The notes under the pieces are model-generated. The model worked only from the letters and a program-made list of their open reading frames with translations. It was not told the origin of the DNA and ran no database searches. The position numbers and the translations under genes were made by a program. This document shows positions 9,314 through 17,192 of a stretch of DNA of 64,000 nucleotides, in pieces. How positions within the stretch are numbered: position 1 is the stretch's first letter; the number at the start of each line of letters is the position of its first letter. Source of the DNA: Geobacterales bacterium (GTDB taxonomy: Bacteria > Desulfobacterota > Desulfuromonadia > Geobacterales > Pseudopelobacteraceae); NCBI GenBank assembly GCA_038209415.1, contig JBBQXT010000001.1:7844-71843 (forward strand), read 5' to 3'.

Positions 9314-12300
9314 CTACCATTTAGGCGTTTTCTGGAAATGGCAGGCAATATTGGAACAATTACCTGACACGTGCAGAGCACCATCCAGACCATTTGATGT
9401 GTATTTAGCAGGCCTATCTACCGAGAATTTATACTCATGGTCTATATTGACCTTGATATTGCTGCTCGGATTGAAAGCCAATGGACTCATTGCATGATCA
9501 TTTTGATTATGACAGTTCGTACAGTTGGCCCATGCCTGGCTTGGATTCGCTGTAGGAGGAATGTGGCCGGCAACGGTATGTGCCCCACCGCCGCCTGAGT
9601 AATTCTCCTGACGCGCACTCGACCAGTTGTTCTGCGTGCCCTTGAAGCGCTTGTTGGACGGCGGATACCCATGGCATCCGTTACAACTACCACCGGTAGA
9701 ATTAACTACCCCATTAATGTGTAGCGTTTTGTCCACGAAAATATTGGCATAGGTTGTACCAGTTGCACTTATATTCGGATGACATCCGCTGCAATCTGAC
9801 GTTGGAAAACTTGTTGGAGACGCGAGAACAGGATGGTTGGCATTTACCGGCGGGAAGCCGTGACATGATTTACATGACTCTGGAGTCAATGTAGCAGGCA
9901 TGAACGGTGTTTTCCATGACGGAGTTTTATTGTTTCCACTTGTGTCTGAACCAGGCATAGCAGCTCCATGGCAGTAGACATTAGAACATGTTCCAGTAGA
10001 TGTGTTGTAGCTAGGAGTGAGTCCACCCGTCTTAGCGAGTACGCTCCAGTTGAAGTTGGAGACACCGTTCATATGAGTCGCGTCTTTCAGTGCTACTGTT
10101 CCGTGGCAATCTGTGCAGACCAGTGATGCGTTCATTACATTTATATTCGTGAGATGCAATGTATGAGCGCCAACCTTAGCATTTAGATTTGAGGTCTGTT
10201 TTGTCGGGTACTCCGTTGAGTAGAACGGGTTCCCAGCTGATACAGCGGCAGCGGCGGTGCTGCTGTGGCAGGTTGTACAGTGATCACCACCGGTCTGCCA
10301 GATGGTCCCATTATTCCAGATCAGGCCGGTTGCACTGCCATGACATTTGCTCGTTGAACAGGTGCCCCAGGCGCCGCCGGCCGGCATCGGAGACACTTTC
10401 GAGTATCCGGTCACAGCGCCGTTCAGCTCAACCAACTTGTTCGCGTGTGTCGTGCCATTGGTTGACGTCGCAGTGTAGCCGGTGTGACAGGCAGAGCAGT
10501 CAAATGCCGGACCTGATGTATTGCCAGTGCTGGAATGCTTGAAGTGACCGCCATTCGCAGCAGGAGTAGTAGCCATATTTGCATGACAACTGCCGCAGTT
10601 GAGAGATGCACCGCCCCAGGTCATGGTTGTATAAGCTATGGCTGCACCGTTAGGCCCGCCGTTGCTGTGGCAATAGATATTCGAACAGGTTCCATACGCA
10701 GCACTCGGTGCCAGGCGGCCTGTTGAACCACTGATGGTGTAGAAACGACCGCTCGGTGTTTTGTACTGACCACCGTTCAGCGCAGCGAAATTCCACTTTA
10801 CATTGCCATTCACGTGCTTGTTGTCTGTATGTAGACCATGGCAATTGGCACAAGCAATCTGCAACTGACCGACGCCTGCGCCGGCATGACGCGCATGGCT
10901 GGCAGTTGTGGGCGGTGTCGAAGCTGATGCGCCATGGCACGTTCCGCAAGCGACCTGACTTATACCGCCAACCCATGAGGGGCTTAAATTTGAACCACCG
11001 GTCAGGGTGGAGCCATGGCAATAGATTGCACTACAGGTCTGATTTGGACCAGCCCCGACAGGACCGGTGAAGGTATAGCCGTTTGAAAGCGGATTGTTAT
11101 TATTATAGGTACCGGAGATCGGTACATTAGTGAAACCAGGGACGTTTACACCGTTGACGGCAAAACCGATATCAATAGTCTTACTCGGCATAACCCTGTT
11201 TGCATAGCCTTCATGGCAGCCGTTACACTCCATCTTCAGGCCGCTAGTCACGTGCGCAGCATGTGCACCGACCGCACCAGCGAGGAGAGCGCCCGTGGCA
11301 GGTAATGCCAAACCGCCTGGTCCGGGTGTCGCACTGTTTGGAGGCATTCCATGGCACTGTCCGCACGAGCCGGAAAACGATCCGGCCTGGCTTGAGTGGA
11401 AGTGGCAATTTTTACAGTCGCTGGCTTTGTTACTGTCGTGCTCTGGGGGATATTTACCGCCCGCTTCGGGTACCTTGTGACAACCCTGACAGACACCGGT
11501 ACCCTGAGCGTTTTTATATTCTCTCTGGCTGCCGGTGTAACGGAAGTATATCTTACTGGGCGTTCCATGGTTATTAACGTTACGACGAACCAGGTATACG
11601 TTGGTTAAATTCTGAGGGTTCAACACCGGTGAATTGGTAGCATCGTACTCAACATGGGCGCCATGGCAATCCACACACTGTACATCCTGATCCTTGGCGT
11701 TATGGCTCTTTTTATTGGCATGACAGTTTGTACAGATGTTGAGTTTATCAGGAGTTCCACTGGATACTTTTGAACCGCGACGGTCAGTGCGTAGCTGATA
11801 GCCGTCACCGGAGCTTAAATTGACATAGTTGCCTCTGCCTTTTGCCGTCGAAGAACCATCGAACGTTGAACTGCGTGAATCGGTATAATGTACACCATGG
11901 CAGGTTGAACAAATAATAGTACGGTCAGGGACAGGGACTGAAGGAGCCAGTGGAATTGCTTGAGTAAAGCCCCCTTTTGTAAACCTCTTACTCAGGTCAG
12001 AGGTCGGGTTGGCTGGGTTGGCATTTAACGGTGGGTTATTAAAGTTGCCTTTGGCTGCAGCAGTATCGTAATTAACCCCAATCGGGTGAGTGCCGGACAG
12101 GTGCGACTGCTGATCACGAGTACGGTGACAGTCGCGGCACAGCTGGTCATTCTCGACACCCATACGAAGCATGGCGCCGGGGGCTCCAGACAGATGTGGC
12201 GAGTGACAGCGGACACATGCCAATTGATTGCCTGTACGGCCGCGCAGGTTGAGAACACCATTTGTGTTGGTCGTCATGGCCGCTTGTACAGGTGCCAATG

Positions 12301-12688
12301 CACCGGCGGCAGGGTTTGTGTCGGAGCCATCCCAGCGATGTGAAGTCTGGCGTAACTTGCCGAAACCTGCCGTCGAATGATCACCAAAAATGGACGACGT
12401 ATCAACCAGTGCCATGGGCTTGGCTTTCGCAAAACCATCACCTGGTCTATGGCATGTTTGGCAGATATTGTTAAAAACAGCTGGTGAGGTTCTTATGATA
12501 GGAACCGTTTTATCGGGCAAAAGCTGACTATTACTGGGGCCAAGTGTGCGGTGCGGCTGGTGGCACGAAGCACAGTTTATACCGATAGCCAAACCGAAAT
12601 GGCTGGGAGGGTCTACTGCCTCCGCAGTTAACGGCAGGATAATGGCAAAGAGCGCTAAAGCCCAGATAACGACACATGTTCTCTTCAT
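9314..12688 (-). CDS. Secreted giant multihaem c-type cytochrome (21 CXXCH plus 5 CXXXXCH sites)
   Basis: Signal peptide ending LTAEA-VD. I counted 21 CXXCH motifs and 5 CX4CH motifs (CSAIYCH, CSNIYCH, CSTSKCH, CSNVYCH, CSNIACH). These are arranged as repeated CX4CH...CXXCH modules like the Geobacter CxxxxCH...CXXCH paralogous domain (TIGR01904, from memory). Confidence 0.9.
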   Translation of the reverse strand: MKRTCVVIWALALFAIILPLTAEAVDPPSHFGLAIGINCASCHQPHRTLGPSNSQLLPDKTVPIIRTSPAVFNNICQTCHRPGDGFAKAKPMALVDTSSIFGDHSTAGFGKLRQTSHRWDGSDTNPAAGALAPVQAAMTTNTNGVLNLRGRTGNQLACVRCHSPHLSGAPGAMLRMGVENDQLCRDCHRTRDQQSHLSGTHPIGVNYDTAAAKGNFNNPPLNANPANPTSDLSKRFTKGGFTQAIPLAPSVPVPDRTIICSTCHGVHYTDSRSSTFDGSSTAKGRGNYVNLSSGDGYQLRTDRRGSKVSSGTPDKLNICTNCHANKKSHNAKDQDVQCVDCHGAHVEYDATNSPVLNPQNLTNVYLVRRNVNNHGTPSKIYFRYTGSQREYKNAQGTGVCQGCHKVPEAGGKYPPEHDSNKASDCKNCHFHSSQAGSFSGSCGQCHGMPPNSATPGPGGLALPATGALLAGAVGAHAAHVTSGLKMECNGCHEGYANRVMPSKTIDIGFAVNGVNVPGFTNVPISGTYNNNNPLSNGYTFTGPVGAGPNQTCSAIYCHGSTLTGGSNLSPSWVGGISQVACGTCHGASASTPPTTASHARHAGAGVGQLQIACANCHGLHTDNKHVNGNVKWNFAALNGGQYKTPSGRFYTISGSTGRLAPSAAYGTCSNIYCHSNGGPNGAAIAYTTMTWGGASLNCGSCHANMATTPAANGGHFKHSSTGNTSGPAFDCSACHTGYTATSTNGTTHANKLVELNGAVTGYSKVSPMPAGGAWGTCSTSKCHGSATGLIWNNGTIWQTGGDHCTTCHSSTAAAAVSAGNPFYSTEYPTKQTSNLNAKVGAHTLHLTNINVMNASLVCTDCHGTVALKDATHMNGVSNFNWSVLAKTGGLTPSYNTSTGTCSNVYCHGAAMPGSDTSGNNKTPSWKTPFMPATLTPESCKSCHGFPPVNANHPVLASPTSFPTSDCSGCHPNISATGTTYANIFVDKTLHINGVVNSTGGSCNGCHGYPPSNKRFKGTQNNWSSARQENYSGGGGAHTVAGHIPPTANPSQAWANCTNCHNQNDHAMSPLAFNPSSNIKVNIDHEYKFSVDRPAKYTSNGLDGALHVSGNCSNIACHFQKTPKW

Positions 12689-12772
12689 AAAAGCTCCTTA
12701 ACTACGCTGGAAACTCTTTTAACTTGATATAGTTGATAAAAGTCTCTTTAACCATGCATCACAACGGTGCAG

Positions 12773-12802
12773 GATGCTACAGCAAACATCTGCTGCAGCA
12801 TC
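12773..12802 (-). terminator. Intercistronic stem-loop between the NHL-repeat gene and the giant cytochrome gene (attenuator or RNA-stability element; no U-run)
   Basis: GATGCTACAGCA (12773-12784) pairs with TGCTGCAGCATC (12791-12802), 11 of 12 positions. It lies 13 nt beyond the NHL gene stop. Confidence 0.3.
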
Positions 12803-12814
12803 AGTGTATGGATC

Positions 12815-14668
12815 TTATTTCACCTTGAACTGCTTCATGACGACCTTGCCACTATTCAGGTTGGTCCTTCCGACAACGACACTCGATGCACCCGAATTAC
12901 TGGTGAATGTTCCGTCGTAACCGCCCTCGATAGTGACTGATTTCGCCTGCCATGCGGTGTTGTATTCTGTCGTCGAATTTGTTGACGGCCATGTACCGGC
13001 AAGCACCTTGATCACTGAGCCATCGGAAGCAGCATTATAGGCAGACTGCAGATTGTCGAAGTAGACCCCATCTACGCGGAATGCAAGTTTTGCTGAGAAG
13101 AAGGCAGTTACTAATTTGGCTGAATCCATTGTTACTATACAGGTTTCAGCGGTGGTAAAACAATCACCAGTCCATCCTTCAAACACCGATTGACCTGAAG
13201 CCGTTGCAGTCAATGTAATCAGAGCATCTGAATTCTGTGATGATACACAGGTTCCGCTCGGGCAGGCGGCACTACCATTTACGGAACCATTACCATTTAA
13301 GTTAATTGAAAGGTTGAACAGACCCGTTGTTTTAGCAGAAACCTGGCTGATGTTGGTGGTCTCTGTATTTGAACCGTAGACTGCCCGTACCGTGTAATAG
13401 TAGGTCGTATACTGCAATAACGCCGTGTCAGTATACGAAACCGCCGTACTGGGCAGAATCCCGCTGACATTGGTACCCAGGGCTCCGGCTGTAGTGGATC
13501 TGTAAATACGTATACCAGTAATTGATGCACTGGCAGAATTCAACCAGTTCACGCGCAATGTCGTATTTTGTACGTTGTCTATCGTGACATTAAACGGCTG
13601 CAGATTGGCGAGACCGAAAACCGTCAACGAACCAAAACCGTTAGATACAAACAGGTGGCTGTTGTTCGGATTTACGGAATCGACCAATAAATCGGAGGGA
13701 GCTATCAAATCACCATTATCATGGCCATACAGACTTATATCCTCGAGCCATGTCCACGCAGGCGCGGCAGTTGTTGCATCAAGCACCATAACGTAACTCT
13801 GAAACGTATCCAGTATGTAGGCGCGGTCCAGTACTCCGGTAGCAGTATATTCAAAGTCTACAGATTGCGGATAGGTAAACCTGATGAATTGGTGGTTTAC
13901 GTCGTAACCTTGTGAACCTATTGTAGCGAGGTAATTTCCAGCCTGGTCAAAAAACTTGAGTTTGCCGCTCAGTGAATCTACAACGACCAGATTCCCGGAG
14001 TTTTTCTCGATGGCCACGCCGGCCGGGCGGTTGAAGGTTGTGTTTTTGACTCCCCAGATATTCTGGTTATCACCGATGAAATTGGCCCGGTAATCTCTGT
14101 ACCACTTGGCATTGCCGGGTATGTCCTGTGCATTGTGAGCAGTGCCGGCGCTGACATCCACGTCAGCGTAGGCATTATCAAAGACCTGAACAACATAGTC
14201 TTTAATATCACTTACAAAGATCTTGCCCGAGGCCGCACGGACAGGATTCGTGCTATCTGTCCTGTCAACCGTAATATAAAATGCTGACAGAAACGACCCG
14301 AAACGCCTCTTTTCCGCACCCGTGGCAGGGTCTAGCGCGACAACATATGTTCCCTGCGTAACAAGCAAATCACCGTTTTTCGCAAAGGCGATGCCACCCG
14401 GTTCAACGGCTGTAACAAATTTATTCACCAGTTTCCCGACACCGTTATACACGTTAATTCCTTCGGCATGCGGGTCCGTCACGTAGATATTGCCAAGGCC
14501 ATCTTCAGCAAGCCTGGTCGGCGTGACAGCCCCTTCCTTGAAAACCGGAAGCACGGTAACAATCGGCGGGGTAGAAGCACCGAAAGCTACACCGCCAAAT
14601 AGCGACCCAATACAGCAAAAGGACGTCGCCAAGCTAACGATACATATGAACTTGTTCCAATGTTTCAT
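12815..14668 (-). CDS. Secreted NHL-repeat beta-propeller protein with a fibronectin type III domain and an InlB B-repeat-like domain
   Basis: Signal peptide, then repeated NHL-like blades (GNIYVTDPHAEGINVYN, GKIFVSDIKDYVVQVFD, GNLVVVDSLSGKLKFFD and others). An FN3-like segment follows (LRVNW...YRS...YYYTVRAVY), then FNLSINLNGNGSV...LTATA...FEGWTGDC...VTAFF, typical of divergent InlB B-repeats. ATG at 14668, 10 nt after GGAGG. Confidence 0.8.
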   Translation of the reverse strand: MKHWNKFICIVSLATSFCCIGSLFGGVAFGASTPPIVTVLPVFKEGAVTPTRLAEDGLGNIYVTDPHAEGINVYNGVGKLVNKFVTAVEPGGIAFAKNGDLLVTQGTYVVALDPATGAEKRRFGSFLSAFYITVDRTDSTNPVRAASGKIFVSDIKDYVVQVFDNAYADVDVSAGTAHNAQDIPGNAKWYRDYRANFIGDNQNIWGVKNTTFNRPAGVAIEKNSGNLVVVDSLSGKLKFFDQAGNYLATIGSQGYDVNHQFIRFTYPQSVDFEYTATGVLDRAYILDTFQSYVMVLDATTAAPAWTWLEDISLYGHDNGDLIAPSDLLVDSVNPNNSHLFVSNGFGSLTVFGLANLQPFNVTIDNVQNTTLRVNWLNSASASITGIRIYRSTTAGALGTNVSGILPSTAVSYTDTALLQYTTYYYTVRAVYGSNTETTNISQVSAKTTGLFNLSINLNGNGSVNGSAACPSGTCVSSQNSDALITLTATASGQSVFEGWTGDCFTTAETCIVTMDSAKLVTAFFSAKLAFRVDGVYFDNLQSAYNAASDGSVIKVLAGTWPSTNSTTEYNTAWQAKSVTIEGGYDGTFTSNSGASSVVVGRTNLNSGKVVMKQFKVK

Positions 14669-14867
14669 ATACAATTGCCTCCAGACAAAAACGGATTGCC
14701 ATGTGTTTCCGATGAAATCCGATAACGTTACTACCTCTGACAGACCTTGACCAAGCTACTCGCAGGTAACGTAATCCTTGCGTTTTCATTTGAGTGAGAA
14801 TGAAAGATGCAATTTTATGGCCACTTTTAGAATCACTTACGATATTTCTTTCCACAGTACGACCGAA

Positions 14868-16706
14868 TCATTTGTACCAAGATCTGGAAGGAAGCGAATT
14901 ATGGCAACCTCTCCCCGAAGGGGATGTGCTGGCAGTAATAAAACATGAACTGCTTTGTGAGCTCGTGAATGTATAGGTTGCCACAGCCGTGCCTGGCCCG
15001 CCTACCGTGCTCGCGGCAAAAGCGCCTGGAAGCAGGGGGCGCCTGCCAAGCAAGATATTTTGGTAGTGCTTCCCGTTGGATATGTTGTGACAATCCGTGC
15101 ATAAGATATTATTGCCAACAACATGAAACAAGTGCAGATTCTGGCCAGTCAGTGGGTATGTAACAGGGTCACTATTATTTCCGCTAAATGGTCCGATGTA
15201 AGGCACGCCACTGTATAGGGCTGGCTCAACTTGCGAGACAACGTGGCAGTTAGTTGCGCAATCGGTTGCGATAAGTGACCCGGTTTTTTTCCAATCCATA
15301 TTTGGTATCGAGAGAAACGCGTCACCGCCAATAGAACCTCCATGGCAGCTTACGTTGGTACATTTCTGAGTGGAAGTATTATAGGCGGCCGGACCGCCAT
15401 CATTGAACTGAGCCGGACCGGTTTGCAGAATGGCCACCGGAGCTGTGACAGCAGCGAATACGACCCTTGCGGAGTGGCTAACTTTACCAGTTCCAAAACC
15501 GTTATGGCAGATGCCGCACGTAAGACCGGTGATCGCATTGAAATGCTTCGAGTGCCTGAAATCACGATTTGGTGCCGTGCTGCCGATCGGCTGACCGCTT
15601 GATGGGATTAATGGGGTCGGCGCAGCACCGTGGCACGAACTGCAACCAACCGTTATACCTTGAGCGTTAATCGGTTTGGTGAAATGGCAGGCTGTGGCGC
15701 CAACCGCCGCTCCCGGGGTTGAGAAGCAGGCCGGCGGTGCAATTCCACCCGGGTAAGCAGTTCCGCCACCCGTGAGTGCTGCCCCACCGTGACACAGGCC
15801 ACATGACGCAACCACGTTCTGGGCGTTGGCGTGGCTGGCTGTGTTCGTCGCTTCAAGCGTTCTTGGCCGACCCGGCAGCCACATAAAGGGATGAGCCAGA
15901 CCAGGTTTGGCATGACACTTTTCACATCCACCAGGTGTAAGGGTAGCGTTCTTCTCAATGGTAAATCTAGGATTGGAGCCTGCTGAAGGCGTTGCATGAC
16001 AGGTTTGGCAGCTGGCAAGATTGGATCGCGCAGAGACCATATGATCTACGACAGTAAACGCATGACCGGCTGCATTGTGGCACAGAGTCCCGTTGAAACA
16101 CTGCGGAGCAGTTCCGGCTGCGGCAGGGACAGGTGCTGGATGTGAAAAACTCCCGCCAAGATGGCACTGGGCACAGGCCGGGGCATTGCTGGGATCGGTT
16201 GTGCTGTGCTTGAGGCCGTTGGCATTCCCGCTAACCCAGTTGGCGGCATGCGGTGCATTCGAAGCCGGATTTGTCTGTTGGTGGCAGCCGATACAATTTG
16301 GAGCTGCGCCATTGCCGGTGTAGATGGTGCCATGACACTTCTGGCAGTGTGCCATGCCGGTAACTCCTAATGCCTGAGCTTTAGCGGAATTTCCGTGCAG
16401 GGCAAAAGCTTTAAATCCGAGCACATGCGGAAAGCTGGAGTGGCAAAGGACACCGCTCCTGCCCGGATTTGAGCAACTGACCTGGCTGATGCCGCCCTTC
16501 AGGTCCGTGCCGTGGCACTCTTTGCAACCATTCGGGTTGCTGAAATATACATCGGGATGCGCTCCACCGCTACCGTTGGCGGCCCATCCGGCGACATGCT
16601 TGCCGGTGGTCGGGTCAATCGCGGCCGGGGCAGCTGAATTGCCCGAACTGCAGCCCCACAGTGTCACAGAAAAGAGTAGTACAAGAGCATAGTATAATAT
16701 CTTCAT
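14868..16706 (-). CDS. Outer-membrane-type lipoprotein multihaem c-type cytochrome (10 CXXCH plus atypical sites)
   Basis: Lipobox LWGC-SS. It has 10 canonical CXXCH motifs, CTNVSCH (CX4CH), CATNCH (CX3CH), and four long-spaced C-Xn-CH segments. A GGAGA ribosome-binding site precedes it, and it starts 9 nt after the upstream gene. Confidence 0.9.
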   Translation of the reverse strand: MKILYYALVLLFSVTLWGCSSGNSAAPAAIDPTTGKHVAGWAANGSGGAHPDVYFSNPNGCKECHGTDLKGGISQVSCSNPGRSGVLCHSSFPHVLGFKAFALHGNSAKAQALGVTGMAHCQKCHGTIYTGNGAAPNCIGCHQQTNPASNAPHAANWVSGNANGLKHSTTDPSNAPACAQCHLGGSFSHPAPVPAAAGTAPQCFNGTLCHNAAGHAFTVVDHMVSARSNLASCQTCHATPSAGSNPRFTIEKNATLTPGGCEKCHAKPGLAHPFMWLPGRPRTLEATNTASHANAQNVVASCGLCHGGAALTGGGTAYPGGIAPPACFSTPGAAVGATACHFTKPINAQGITVGCSSCHGAAPTPLIPSSGQPIGSTAPNRDFRHSKHFNAITGLTCGICHNGFGTGKVSHSARVVFAAVTAPVAILQTGPAQFNDGGPAAYNTSTQKCTNVSCHGGSIGGDAFLSIPNMDWKKTGSLIATDCATNCHVVSQVEPALYSGVPYIGPFSGNNSDPVTYPLTGQNLHLFHVVGNNILCTDCHNISNGKHYQNILLGRRPLLPGAFAASTVGGPGTAVATYTFTSSQSSSCFITASTSPSGRGCHNSLPSRSWYK

Positions 16707-16715
16707 TTTCTTCTC

Positions 16716-17192
16716 CTATCGGTGGCAGGTGATGCAGCGTTCGTTATTGGCACGGCCATGACAGCGGTAGCAGCTGGCCGGGTCGAGCTTGCCTTCGATC
16801 TTGTGCATGGTCATGAAGTTGCCGCGGTGCGGCATTTCACGGTCGGGACGGTTGCCGTACTTTAACGAGGGTTTCATTTCTACTTGATTTGTGTGGCAGT
16901 CGTTGCAGAAAGAGCTCTTGTGGCAGGTTGAACAAAGCCTCTCATCTGAAGATGCGTAGAAACGATGGTTTTTGACAAAGCCCGGTGAATGGCTGAATGC
17001 GTCAAAGGCCTTCAAGGTGCCTTTTTGCTGGTCCTCGTGACATTCGGCACAACTGACCTGCTGACCAGCAGCCAAAGTTTCAGAATGGGAGGCGGGCAGA
17101 CCGGGAATGGCCTTCATCTGGGCACATGCCGCAAGTATCATGATCAGTCCGGCCAGGGCCAGTGCGGGGAATATCTGCTGGAAAAATCTCAT
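16716..17192 (-). CDS. Small pentahaem c-type cytochrome (periplasmic or lipid-anchored)
   Basis: 158 aa with 5 CXXCH motifs (CAECH, CSTCH, CNDCH, CYRCH, CITCH). The signal sequence has a lipobox-like LAAC. An ATGA overlap links it to the upstream barrel gene. Confidence 0.85.
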   Translation of the reverse strand: MRFFQQIFPALALAGLIMILAACAQMKAIPGLPASHSETLAAGQQVSCAECHEDQQKGTLKAFDAFSHSPGFVKNHRFYASSDERLCSTCHKSSFCNDCHTNQVEMKPSLKYGNRPDREMPHRGNFMTMHKIEGKLDPASCYRCHGRANNERCITCHR

